From the NCBI GenBank assembly GCA_043800705.1, contig JAZDMS010000023.1, forward strand, positions 32,001 through 96,000: DNA of 64,000 nt, read 5' to 3'. This document shows, in pieces, positions 28,822 to 38,650 of this stretch (the first letter of the stretch is position 1; each line of letters begins with the position of its first letter). The stretch is from Candidatus Altiarchaeota archaeon. Lineage in GTDB: Archaea > Altiarchaeota > Altiarchaeia > IMC4 > SCGC-AAA252-I15. A program made the translations under genes and the position numbers. A model generated the notes under the pieces. It was not told the origin of the DNA and did not search any database. It saw nothing but the letters and a program-made list of their open reading frames with translations.

Positions 28822-30576
28822 ATGCTCGACAGCCCCTCCGTCGACGGTGACGCCTCCAAGGGTAAGACCCTATATGACAGAATATACGACTTTGCAGTAC
28901 AAGCCGAGAAGCCGATAAACATCAAGGACATCCAAGACAATTTCCAGCTTGACGAGATGGCTTTCAGGAATGTCATCAGCACATTCACAAACGCCCACGT
29001 CTTCGAAGTCAAAGAGAACAGGATAATGCAGGTCAATCCCCCATTCGGCCTCGTCCGGTACGAGAACGTCGAACCGATCAAGGTGCTCAGGGAGGAACAG
29101 GTAGAGTGGCGGGGTCTGGCATTCCATGTGCAGGTGGTTGAGGCGAAAAACGAGGCCGTGCCGGTCTACTACATCCCGCCTTTGAAAATCGGAAACGGTG
29201 TGAGGATCCGCCTCAAATGCATATTCAACAGCCTCTCAAGCGCCCACGGAAAGAAGCCCCAGATGGACGGGGAATTCGAACACCCGACGGACTCATCCAG
29301 GCACCTGGCCCAGAAAGCCATAGAGGACGAATTTAACGTCCGCCCAGACATGTCGGACAGGCTATCCGACGCGCTCATATACGAATTCGCAGAAGTGGGC
29401 TGCCTGAGCATATTCCTCGCAGACCGGGACATAGAGGAGATAGTATTCAACGGAACATCAGCGGCGTCGCTGTACAGCTGCACCCACGGCTGGCTGAAAA
29501 CAAATGTCTATCCCACACGGGAGGAGTCGCTCTTCGAGATAGCGACCCGGATGGCACGCGTTGTCCAGAAGGAGATAAATTTCAGCAACCCGATAGTCGA
29601 GACGAGGCTCCAAAGCGGCGACAGGGTAAGCACGCTCCTGAACGCGGTCGCTCCCCAAGGCACGATAATAACCATACGGAAATTCTTCCGCAACCCCACA
29701 ACCATAGTGGGGCTGATTAAAGAACTCAATAGCGTAAGCATAGACATCGCAGCCCTGCTCTGGTTCGCCGTGGAATACGAACTTAACATACTCGTGGCCG
29801 GCGGCTCGGGCTCTGGCAAGACCACGCTCCTGAATGCCGTCTGCAACCTCATACCATCGTCAGTCCACGTCCTCAGCATAGAAAGCCTGAGGGAAATACA
29901 CATCCCCGAATCTAGGTCCTGGAACTGGCTCTCCCTCCAAACAAGGGAAGACCCTAACGTGGAACCGATCACTAGCTCAGACCTCATGGCAGTCAGCCTC
30001 AAGATGCGGCCGGAACGGATAATACTCGGCGAAGCCGTCCGACCGGAAGACATAAGGAGCCTCTTCCAGGCCATGCAGGTCGGCCACCCCGTCTTCTCAA
30101 CCATCCACGCCACCACGTCCAACGAGCTCATACGCAGGGTGATGGACCCGGCATATGGCATCCCCAAGACGGATATCAGCTCAATCGACCTGGTCGTGGT
30201 GATGTACCATGACGTGAGGGAGAGAACTCGTAAAATACTCGAGGTCTCGGAGATAAGATACGAAAGCAACCTGTCAGAAGCAGAGGCCATATCGCACATA
30301 TACCGGTACTCCCAAAAATCGAAGACATACCTGAACATTTCCAAACCGAGGAAGATATTCGAAAAAGTCTCTATGAAGACCGGGATGACCGCGGAGGAGA
30401 TGGAGACGGACATAGGAGAGAAGAAGAAAGTCATACAGTGGGCCATCGACAGGCACATCACCCAGGTTAAAAACTTCGAGATGCTTGTTCAGGAGTACTA
30501 TAGCAACCGAAAAGCTCTGATGGCGCAAATCCAGGCGGAAAATCCCGGCAAAGAGCAAGACGCCCCCCAAACTTAA
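28822..30576 (+). CDS. Type II/IV secretion / pilus assembly ATPase (VirB11/FlaI family)
   Basis: DIEEI, ITIRKF, Walker A GGSGSGKTT, KMRPERIILGE, STIHA. Confidence 0.9.
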   Translation: MLDSPSVDGDASKGKTLYDRIYDFAVQAEKPINIKDIQDNFQLDEMAFRNVISTFTNAHVFEVKENRIMQVNPPFGLVRYENVEPIKVLREEQVEWRGLAFHVQVVEAKNEAVPVYYIPPLKIGNGVRIRLKCIFNSLSSAHGKKPQMDGEFEHPTDSSRHLAQKAIEDEFNVRPDMSDRLSDALIYEFAEVGCLSIFLADRDIEEIVFNGTSAASLYSCTHGWLKTNVYPTREESLFEIATRMARVVQKEINFSNPIVETRLQSGDRVSTLLNAVAPQGTIITIRKFFRNPTTIVGLIKELNSVSIDIAALLWFAVEYELNILVAGGSGSGKTTLLNAVCNLIPSSVHVLSIESLREIHIPESRSWNWLSLQTREDPNVEPITSSDLMAVSLKMRPERIILGEAVRPEDIRSLFQAMQVGHPVFSTIHATTSNELIRRVMDPAYGIPKTDISSIDLVVVMYHDVRERTRKILEVSEIRYESNLSEAEAISHIYRYSQKSKTYLNISKPRKIFEKVSMKTGMTAEEMETDIGEKKKVIQWAIDRHITQVKNFEMLVQEYYSNRKALMAQIQAENPGKEQDAPQT

Positions 30577-30583
30577 TCGGGGG

Positions 30584-31243
30584 CTATAAGCAGGCCAACA
30601 GCGCCTCAAGCTCGGCTGCGTTGACTACCGGCCTGTTGTACTCGTCGCCTTCGATCCTCGGGCAGGCGGTGTTTACCCAGCAGTCGACCTTGAACGGTAT
30701 GAGGTTGTTCGGACTCAGCTCCTCGGCGGCGAAGATGCAGGCCTTCTTTCCTTTTGCCTCTAACCTCCTCTTCAACACAAAGGCCCTCTTAAGGTCGAAC
30801 TGGCCGTCTTTCGTCGACACCATTATGCCGAACGTCTTGGACTCCAAAGCCCTGGCAATGGCGCCCTTTCGCTTTCCGATCCAGCGCCTCTTCTCCGCAT
30901 CGGTGATCCTGTCAAGGACGCCAGATATAGGATTGAGGATGAACACCGGCTTCTCAGTCTTCAGCGCGATGCCAAGGGGATGGAACCTGCCTGAGCCGAC
31001 GTAGATGAAGCAGTCGACGTCCAGCTTCAGCGCGTTCTCCTGCCTGCAGCCCAGAATCTGCCCGCCTACTGAGGCCTTCTTGCCCCTGGCTTCCAGGCAT
31101 GCCTTAAGCTGGTCGAGCATGTTAAGGTGCTGGGCGGTCCCTACGATTCCGATGAATGCGTAGGATTCGAGGACCTCCATGTTCTCCTCCAAAACGGGAA
31201 TCGGGTCGGCGGTAGAATAACAGGGGACGTGGACGATCTTCAT
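30584..31243 (-). CDS. dph2: Diphthamide synthesis Dph2-like protein (short, lacks N-terminal domain)
   Basis: TAQH, GQILGC, GSGRFH, STKDGQ, NTACPRI. Confidence 0.85.
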   Translation of the reverse strand: MKIVHVPCYSTADPIPVLEENMEVLESYAFIGIVGTAQHLNMLDQLKACLEARGKKASVGGQILGCRQENALKLDVDCFIYVGSGRFHPLGIALKTEKPVFILNPISGVLDRITDAEKRRWIGKRKGAIARALESKTFGIMVSTKDGQFDLKRAFVLKRRLEAKGKKACIFAAEELSPNNLIPFKVDCWVNTACPRIEGDEYNRPVVNAAELEALLACL

Positions 31244-31306
31244 GGATAATAAGAAGGCCGTTGACGAAATATAAGGGCGCGGTCACGGCCTGCCGGGAGA
31301 AGCGGA

Positions 31307-32011
31307 CTATTCCTTCTTCTCCTCTTTCTTCTCAGCCTTTTTATCCTCTTTCTTCTGGTTCTCCCACGTCTCCTGGTAGGTGACGTCCGTCAGCTGCAGG
31401 AACTTGAAGGTTTCGGCGCTGAAGGATGCCTTCCTCGCAAGCAGGTTGCGGTCGTGGAATGCGGCCTTGGGAAGGCTCAGCGTGAGCTTTTTGCCTGCGA
31501 GCTTGTGCTCGAATCCGGCGGTGCTTTCGAAGTTGCGCTCGATTATGTAGTCTACTTTTTCCTCGTCGGATTTGGCCTTGTCCGCGACTTGTACGTCGAA
31601 TACGAGCGTCTTCCCGGCGAGCTCGTGGTTGAAGTCGACGCGAACCCTGCCGCCGGCGACCGTCTGCACCCTTCCGCGCATGTTGTCTATCTCGACAGGC
31701 ATGCCGGGGATAGGGTTCATCTTCTCCTGCTTGAAGAGCTTCAATGGGACCAGTTTGACCATGGCGGCGCTCTTCTGGCCGTAGCCCTTCTCAGGCGGGA
31801 TCTCGACGGTCTTCTTGTCGCCGACCTTCATATGCGCCAGCTCCTCGTCGAGGCCTTTTATGACCTGTCCCTCTCCGACCGCTACGTTCAGGGGCTTGTA
31901 GATCCTCTGGTTGTTGTAGATGTTCTCCTTCTTCGCGAGCTGCTCGTCTGTGGTGTCGAATATCTGGCCGTCTTTTATGCGTCCCGTATAGTTTATTTTG
32001 ATAAAATCCAT
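31307..32011 (-). CDS. Long-type FKBP peptidyl-prolyl isomerase (SlyD-like)
   Basis: INYTG..FDTT, VIKGLDE, IPPEKGYG, DFNHELAGKTL. Confidence 0.93.
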   Translation of the reverse strand: MDFIKINYTGRIKDGQIFDTTDEQLAKKENIYNNQRIYKPLNVAVGEGQVIKGLDEELAHMKVGDKKTVEIPPEKGYGQKSAAMVKLVPLKLFKQEKMNPIPGMPVEIDNMRGRVQTVAGGRVRVDFNHELAGKTLVFDVQVADKAKSDEEKVDYIIERNFESTAGFEHKLAGKKLTLSLPKAAFHDRNLLARKASFSAETFKFLQLTDVTYQETWENQKKEDKKAEKKEEKKE

Positions 32012-32081
32012 TTTAGTCTGACACGATGATGGCATTTTTAAGATTACCACATCCTATTATAAATACTCTAATACAGGCAAA

Positions 32082-33116
32082 ATGGCAGGTTTTCAGGCGA
32101 AGAAAGGCTCGGGAGGCGGCGGGTCACGGAAAAATTGGAAGAAATACGGGATGATACTGGTCGGTTTGACCATGGTGCTTTCTGGGATAGAATTCGGCCT
32201 CAACAGGGACATCCCGGCCCCGGGGCAGGAGGACGCGTCCGCGAACTGGACGGTTTTGACCTATCAGGCCGCCAACATAGGCACCGAGACGGCCGTGACC
32301 CGGATAACCGAGGCAACGGACACCTACGAGATAAAACCCAACCAGGTCGCTAGATTGGGCCGCAGGGACATAACTGACCTTTTCGAAAGCAACGTGACCG
32401 GCGTGACCGGCATAGTGTTCGAGAACGCTCCGGGGGCGGAGATGTTCCGCCTGGACACATTGGGGGGGAACATCTCCGATGAGATACGCAAGAGGATCAG
32501 GCTCCCGGGCGGATACAACCTGTACCGCGTCTACAGGGGGACGACCCCGTACGGCCAGATCAACGTGATAGGCGACAACCTCCAGGTCGGAGACTATGTC
32601 AGCGTCTACCTGATGCAGCGGGTCCGCGAAGGCTCGACAGAGACTATGGGGTTCATGAAGATGAATGTCCCCACCGGGCCCGTCGTCAACGCCACGGTCC
32701 TCGGAGAATTCAGCGGATACAACTTCGCAGCGCTTCTGCAAAAGAACGTCTCAGCCCTGGAACTTTCCATCGGAAACTCGACGGAATTCGACATCGCGCC
32801 GCTTAACGACACCGGATCTAATGGCACATTATGGGCTGCGTCGTTCAACCTGCCTGAAGGCGCCGACATCGCCCAAGTCAGGGACGCCCTTGTGGCATTC
32901 AACGCGTCGAACGTCACAGTCAGCAGGTTCGGGTACGTCAGGAGCCCACCGGAGATGATGGTCGAAGGCAGGCCGGTGGCGATAATGAACCCGGACAGGG
33001 TCCAGACGGTGATGAAGGACGGACTCAAGGAGAACGACACCGTCGAAGTGAGGATCTACATGCTGAACATCAACAACCAGTCATACCCCTACGCGAGGCA
33101 GATGCTCGCTGGTTGA
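32082..33116 (+). CDS. Membrane-anchored surface glycoprotein (hypothetical)
   Basis: Basic N-terminus plus TM; 12 N-x-S/T sequons counted in 344 aa. Confidence 0.7.
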   Translation: MAGFQAKKGSGGGGSRKNWKKYGMILVGLTMVLSGIEFGLNRDIPAPGQEDASANWTVLTYQAANIGTETAVTRITEATDTYEIKPNQVARLGRRDITDLFESNVTGVTGIVFENAPGAEMFRLDTLGGNISDEIRKRIRLPGGYNLYRVYRGTTPYGQINVIGDNLQVGDYVSVYLMQRVREGSTETMGFMKMNVPTGPVVNATVLGEFSGYNFAALLQKNVSALELSIGNSTEFDIAPLNDTGSNGTLWAASFNLPEGADIAQVRDALVAFNASNVTVSRFGYVRSPPEMMVEGRPVAIMNPDRVQTVMKDGLKENDTVEVRIYMLNINNQSYPYARQMLAG

Positions 33117-33131
33117 GAAAAACAAGAGAGA

Positions 33132-33686
33132 TCACTCGTCCGCCTTGCGCAGGAACCGGCACAAGAGCTCCGTGGATTTCCTCCTGTGGGAGGCCTCGTT
33201 CTTGTGCTTGATGTCCTCTGCGAACGTCTTCGTAGAGTCTTTTGGCATGAATATGGGATCGTACCCGAATCCGTGCCTGCCGCGCTCCTCAAAGGTGATG
33301 TATCCGTCGACTACGCCCTCAAAGACCTCCACCTTGTCCTTGTCGCAGTAGCCTATCGCAGAGATGAACTGGGCCTTCCTGTCTTCGAGCCCGTCCAAGA
33401 GCTTTAGGATGCCGGCATTTCCTATCTTGTGCTGGACGAAGGAGCTGAAAGGCCCGGGGAACCCGTTCAAGGACTCGATGAAGAGTCCGGAGTCCTCGAC
33501 GATGATGGGCCTCTTGATCTGCGCGTACACGTACCTCGCCCCCTCTTCCGCGACCGCCCCGACGGACTCGGCCCTGACTTCGGGGTACATGACGTTGATC
33601 TGGGTGAAGCTCACCTGGTATTCGGAGCCGACCTTGTTAGACTCCAGAACCTTGTTCTTGTTCGACGTCGCAAAGAGCACTTCCAT
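33132..33686 (-). CDS. rdgB: XTP/dITP diphosphatase (Ham1/RdgB)
   Basis: FATSNKNK, EDSGL, GFPGP, FGYDPIF, SHR. Confidence 0.95.
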   Translation of the reverse strand: MEVLFATSNKNKVLESNKVGSEYQVSFTQINVMYPEVRAESVGAVAEEGARYVYAQIKRPIIVEDSGLFIESLNGFPGPFSSFVQHKIGNAGILKLLDGLEDRKAQFISAIGYCDKDKVEVFEGVVDGYITFEERGRHGFGYDPIFMPKDSTKTFAEDIKHKNEASHRRKSTELLCRFLRKADE

Positions 33687-33724
33687 GTAATGGATTTAAC
33701 GGACGCAACCTTAATAAGTATCCC

Positions 33725-34834
33725 ATGAGGCCCAACGCCATATTCTTCCTGTCCACTGCGGCCACCAGCATGAGCGTGCTGTTCATACCCGTCATTGCGC
33801 AGAACATGGGGGCCTCGAACCTCATGATCGGCCTGATAGTCTCCATGTACGGCTTCATGTCCCTCCTGTCCATGTACTTCTTCGGATGGGTCTCGGACGA
33901 GAAGGGCCGCCTGGCGCTGATACGCGCTGGCATGCTGTTCGCGGCTTTCGCATTCCTCATGCAGTCCTTCGCGGACACAGAGGCGAAGCTCCTTGCGGCC
34001 CGCTCCCTTTGCGGCCTGTCTATAGGGGTCTTCTATTCGAGCCTGGTCATGTACGGGGTCGAGGCCGGGAAGAAGCTCGGCAAGTTCACCTCCTATGAGA
34101 GCCTCGGATGGGGCGCAGGCAACCTCGTCGCGGGGCTCATGATCGGCGCATCGCTTTTCGGCCTCGTCGCCGGATACGCGGACATATTCACGGTGTCGGC
34201 CCTCGTATTCTTCGCATGCTTCATCCTGAGCATGCGGCTTCGGGATGTCAAGGCCGCCAGGATCCGTTCGCCGCTTCTGCCAATCGGCTTGATAAGGAAG
34301 AACGCCAACATCTACTTCCCGTTCCTCCTTCGGGACATCGGGGCCTTCTGCGCATGGACTTTCTTCCCCCTTTATCTCATAGACCTCGGAGCGAACGACA
34401 TGTGGATCGGGATCCTCATATTCCTCAACAGCGGCCTCCAGTTCCCAATGAAGCAGATAGTGGACCGCTACGACTTCGAGAAGCTGTTCACCTGGGGCCT
34501 TGCGATATCGGCGGTCGCCCTCTACGCATACGTGCTGCCCCGGAACTACATCGAGGTAATACCCGTCCAACTCCTCATCGCCATCGCCTGGACTACCCTC
34601 AGCGTCGGCGCCATGGGCCTCCTTACGCAGAGGAACCAAGAGAAGGCGACGGTGATAGGCCTCTTCAGCTCGACGAGGGGGGTAGCGCAGATCATCGCCC
34701 CCCTCGTCGGGGGCGTCATAGCCGAGTATTGGGGATACAAGGCCCTGATGTTCTTTTCGGGTTCTATTACGACCCTGGGACTGGCATTCCATCTGAGCCT
34801 CAAGGAAAGGCGGATCAAAAGTCAGAGAGTTTAG
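33725..34834 (+). CDS. MFS transporter
   Basis: About 12 TM; motif A GWVSDEKGR. Confidence 0.9.
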   Translation: MRPNAIFFLSTAATSMSVLFIPVIAQNMGASNLMIGLIVSMYGFMSLLSMYFFGWVSDEKGRLALIRAGMLFAAFAFLMQSFADTEAKLLAARSLCGLSIGVFYSSLVMYGVEAGKKLGKFTSYESLGWGAGNLVAGLMIGASLFGLVAGYADIFTVSALVFFACFILSMRLRDVKAARIRSPLLPIGLIRKNANIYFPFLLRDIGAFCAWTFFPLYLIDLGANDMWIGILIFLNSGLQFPMKQIVDRYDFEKLFTWGLAISAVALYAYVLPRNYIEVIPVQLLIAIAWTTLSVGAMGLLTQRNQEKATVIGLFSSTRGVAQIIAPLVGGVIAEYWGYKALMFFSGSITTLGLAFHLSLKERRIKSQRV

Positions 34835-35360
34835 GTTGTTTTATATCCAGTTTTTCAGTGATCTGAGGCCTTGTAATCCTCCTTAATCTGGGTCTGCCCC
34901 ACCCTGTAATCATTACCACGGCATTGGCGAATACGAATCCCCAAAACAGGGGCTTTAGCGGAAACTCGGGCGCGGGTTCCTGCTTGAATATCATTGCGAC
35001 AGAGAAGCCCAGGACACACCCTGCGGCGGACACCGCGGCAAAGTGGACGGTTTCGAGCACAAACTGGGTGAACCCTGCGAAGACATTGGAGGATATCGAT
35101 CCGTCCGCCGTTTCAACATCAGCCATGTTCTTCTTGCCGGTCGCCGCAGAATAGACCACGAATATCAAAAGATATCCGATGACCAGTCCGAAAAGCCACC
35201 TCAGCTGGGTCGGAAAAAAGTCGAGCGGGCTGCCTGCGATCGCCACGGCTGCCGACCACAGCCAAGGCCCGAACGAGTCGGGGATCGGGCCTCGGGGGAG
35301 AAGGAGCTCCAGAAGGCTCACGGCCGCGACTACGTAAGCCAAGTTTTTGACAACTGCCAC
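34815..35360 (-). CDS. Hypothetical multi-TM membrane protein (start uncertain)
   Basis: About 5 hydrophobic helices; GTG start proposed at 35360. Confidence 0.55.
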   Translation of the reverse strand: MAVVKNLAYVVAAVSLLELLLPRGPIPDSFGPWLWSAAVAIAGSPLDFFPTQLRWLFGLVIGYLLIFVVYSAATGKKNMADVETADGSISSNVFAGFTQFVLETVHFAAVSAAGCVLGFSVAMIFKQEPAPEFPLKPLFWGFVFANAVVMITGWGRPRLRRITRPQITEKLDIKQPKLSDF

Positions 35361-35496
35361 AATACTATGATTCTTGGGCAGAATAAAAATGGCTGCCTCC
35401 CGACGGCATGGGCCGCCGACCCGCCTACATATCATATGTACGCAGGGTTTATGCGCATCGGACCCTGTTTTTATCTGGCGATATGTTATATTTACG

Positions 35497-38400
35497 ATGG
35501 TTCTGGATTTCCGCGCCCTCAAGGCCAGGATGAAGCCGGAATTCCACGCGAATTTCGAGAAATACTACCCTGCCAAGAGCCTGGCATCCGTCGGGTTCAA
35601 GCGGAAGGTCTGCAAAAACTGCGGCAGGGGCTTCTGGAGCGCCGCGGAGCGGGACGTCTGCGACGAGCCGGTATGCTCCGGCGGCTACAGGTTCATCGGC
35701 GAAAAGCTGACGAGGAAGAGGTTCGCATACAAGGAGGCCTGGGACGAGTACGTCAAGGTCTTCGGCAAATGGGGCTACGTCCCCATCGAACGCTACCCCG
35801 TCGTATGCAGGTGGTACGAGGACCTTTACTTCGTCAACGCCGGCGTCAACGACTTCCAGCCGTACGTCATATCCGGCGAGGTCGAGCCGCCGGCTCCGGC
35901 CGTCCTAGAGCCGCAGTTCTGCCTCCGCTTCCAGGACATAGACTCGGTCGGAATCACCGGCCGCCACTATAGCGGATTCATCATGGTCGGCCAGCACACG
36001 TTCAACACAGCCAAGCGGCACGTGTTCTTCAAGGACGAGGGCATACTCCAGATACACGAATTCCTCACGAAAGGCCTCGGCATCAAGGCCGAGGAGGTCG
36101 TCTACCACGAGGACGTCTGGGCCGGAGGCGGCAACTTCGGCCCAAGCATGGAGTTCTTCTGCCGCGGCCTCGAGCTGGGGAACCAGGTCTACATGCAGTA
36201 CAAGGTCCTTCCTGACGGCACGAGCCAGGAGCTGAAGACGCGGGTCATCGACATGGGCGCCGGCCTCGAGCGGTGGAGCTGGTTCAGCCAGGGGAATCCG
36301 ATGAGCTACGACAGCACCTTCCCCCAGGTGATGAAGCACCTGTATAAGGTATCGGGCGTCAAACCCGACGAGAAGCTGATGCTGAAGTTCGGAAACTATG
36401 CGGGGCTCCTGAGCATCGACGACGTCGACGACATCAACTCCGTATGGGGCAGGATATCGAAGGAGCTCGGCATCGACATGGCAAAGCTGAAGGATGAGGT
36501 CTACCGGATGCGCGCCCTCTACGCGATAGCGGACCATACCCGGAGCCTCCTTGTAGCCATACACGACGGCGCATTGCCCTCCAACGTCGGGGGCGGATAC
36601 AACCTCAGGACTCTCCTGAGAAGGTGCTGGAGCCTCAACGACGAATTCGGCCTCGATATCGAGGTGGAGAAGGTCTTCGAGGAGCACATCGGCGAGTTCG
36701 GGAAGTGGTACACGGACCTGAAGGAGACAGGCAGCCTCTTCGACATCGTCGCAGTGGAGCGGGAAAGGTACAAGGAGAACCAGGCCAAGGGCCGCAAGCT
36801 CATCGAGAAGGAGAAGGACATGACGGTGGCGAAGATGGTGGAGCTCTACGACAGTCATGGCATAGCCCCCGACGTCATGCAGAAGATAACAGGCATCCAA
36901 ATCCCGGACGACTTCTACAAGAAAGTGGAGGAACGCCACGAGAAACAAGTAAAAACAGATGAGGTCAAAGAAGAAAAAGATTTAACGGGGATTCCTTTGA
37001 CAAAACTATTATATTATGAAGATTCTGAAAAACTCGATTTTGAGGCGGAATTATTATCTATGTCGGGGGGCTTAGGGGGGGATGAAGGTCATGTAATTCT
37101 GGACAAGACATTATTCTATCCTGGGGGTGGAGGCCAGGAGACAGACAAAGGCCACCTTCAGATTGGATCTAATAGATATGACGTAGTAAGTGTGGAAAAG
37201 AAAAAAGGGGGAATAATAGCGCATAAGATTAATAATTTTTCTCGATTATGGGGAGACGATAGTAGGGTCGATGACAAAGTAAAGGGGTATGTAGATAAGA
37301 GACGTCGCTTACAGCTCGTGCAGCATCATACTGCGACGCACATAGTCAACGCATCAGCGAGGACTGTTCTTGGACCCCACATATGGCAGGCGGGAGCCCA
37401 TAAGAGCGAGAAGTTTTCCCGGCTGGATATCACGCACTATAAGGCGGTGTCGCAGGAGGAGCTTAAAAAGATCGAGGAGAGGGCGAACGAGATTGTCCGG
37501 GAGGCTCACCCTGTCGAAATCAATTGGATGAGGCGCAACGATGCGGAAGGGAAGTATGGGATGCGGCTCTATCAGGGTGGTGCGGTCCCCGGGACGAAGC
37601 TGCGGATCGTGAGCATCCCCGGCATTGACACGGAAGCCTGCGGCGGAACCCACCTGAAAAACACCAAGGAAGCTGGCCGCATAAAGCTCCTGTCCGCGAA
37701 GAGGATACAGGACGGCGTAGTCAGGCTCGAATTCACGGCAGGCGAGGCATCAGAGAGGGAAATACGAGAGGATGCAGAAAAATTTATTCTAGTGAAAATC
37801 CATTTAGATGAGTTTTTGCAACAACAGATAAGAATCCAAAAAAAACTACAGAGAGATTTAGAACCTTTTATGCAAATGCAGAGACGGATGGCAGAAATCA
37901 TGGGCCCAGCCATGCAAATGCAGAAGCGGTTAGCGGAAAGTTTGGAACCCGTGGAAAGGATGCAGGAACAACTTCGCCAGAATCTTGAACCCTTAGAAAC
38001 ATCATTTAAAATAATAGCTGAAAAAGTTGCACCTCAAATGGAAGAGTCTGCAAGAATATTTTCCGTCCCAAAGGAAAAACTCGGAGAAACAATTAATAGA
38101 TTTACAACTGAAATCAATCAGATGGAAGAGAAGATAATGGGGCTGGGCGGAGAACCTCCATCAGATATTGACCTAGATGATACCCCTGCGTTAGGAATTA
38201 GTGGAACATCAAGATACCTCTTTGATAGATGGAAGGAGGATAGAAAGATTTTAGAGAAATTACAAGCCGAAGCATCAGGAGACCTAGTCAGCGACATCGA
38301 AGCCAAGTTCACAGAATCCAACGTCGTAAAGCACGTGACAAGCGGCCTCATGGTGAAGGCTTTGACTGAAGCCGCGAATGCCGCGGTATCGAAGCCCGGC

Positions 38401-38598
38401 CGTCTGTTGATATTGGTCAACATGGCCGGTGACAAGGTCAACGTCGTCGTCGCATCCAGCGGCAAGGCGAACGCCGGAGACGTGTGCAAGAGGCTGTGCG
38501 CCCTCCTTGGCGGCGGAGGCGGTGGGAAGCAGGCGCTGGCGATGGGCGGCGGCAACGCGAAGGACGCTGAACGGATACTGGAAGAATTAAATTATTAA
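35497..38598 (+). CDS. alaS: Alanine--tRNA ligase (archaeal type) with internal repeat insertion
   Basis: CKNC zinc knuckle, RYPVVCRW, GITGRH, DMGAGLER, ADHTR, editing HHTATH and ACGGTH, C-Ala GGGGGG. Confidence 0.95.
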   Translation: MVLDFRALKARMKPEFHANFEKYYPAKSLASVGFKRKVCKNCGRGFWSAAERDVCDEPVCSGGYRFIGEKLTRKRFAYKEAWDEYVKVFGKWGYVPIERYPVVCRWYEDLYFVNAGVNDFQPYVISGEVEPPAPAVLEPQFCLRFQDIDSVGITGRHYSGFIMVGQHTFNTAKRHVFFKDEGILQIHEFLTKGLGIKAEEVVYHEDVWAGGGNFGPSMEFFCRGLELGNQVYMQYKVLPDGTSQELKTRVIDMGAGLERWSWFSQGNPMSYDSTFPQVMKHLYKVSGVKPDEKLMLKFGNYAGLLSIDDVDDINSVWGRISKELGIDMAKLKDEVYRMRALYAIADHTRSLLVAIHDGALPSNVGGGYNLRTLLRRCWSLNDEFGLDIEVEKVFEEHIGEFGKWYTDLKETGSLFDIVAVERERYKENQAKGRKLIEKEKDMTVAKMVELYDSHGIAPDVMQKITGIQIPDDFYKKVEERHEKQVKTDEVKEEKDLTGIPLTKLLYYEDSEKLDFEAELLSMSGGLGGDEGHVILDKTLFYPGGGGQETDKGHLQIGSNRYDVVSVEKKKGGIIAHKINNFSRLWGDDSRVDDKVKGYVDKRRRLQLVQHHTATHIVNASARTVLGPHIWQAGAHKSEKFSRLDITHYKAVSQEELKKIEERANEIVREAHPVEINWMRRNDAEGKYGMRLYQGGAVPGTKLRIVSIPGIDTEACGGTHLKNTKEAGRIKLLSAKRIQDGVVRLEFTAGEASEREIREDAEKFILVKIHLDEFLQQQIRIQKKLQRDLEPFMQMQRRMAEIMGPAMQMQKRLAESLEPVERMQEQLRQNLEPLETSFKIIAEKVAPQMEESARIFSVPKEKLGETINRFTTEINQMEEKIMGLGGEPPSDIDLDDTPALGISGTSRYLFDRWKEDRKILEKLQAEASGDLVSDIEAKFTESNVVKHVTSGLMVKALTEAANAAVSKPGRLLILVNMAGDKVNVVVASSGKANAGDVCKRLCALLGGGGGGKQALAMGGGNAKDAERILEELNY
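37816..38067 (+). repeat. 42-bp (14-aa) degenerate tandem repeat inside alaS
   Basis: Units start at 37858 LEP, 37900 MGP, 37942 LEP, 37984 LEP, 38026 VAP. Confidence 0.8.
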
Positions 38599-38650
38599 TA
38601 CATTGCACTACCCTAATAATTTATATATTAGTACATCGTAATGTACTAAT

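Noticed and set aside
35374-35496. N-terminal extensions in the ORF track (alaS, transketolase C, galU, virB4, 53932 ORF, secE)
   Set aside because: Family-typical starts with upstream TATA boxes or stop/start coupling lie downstream
37775-38280. Intein in alaS
   Set aside because: No Cys/Ser...His-Asn splice junction motifs or homing endonuclease signature
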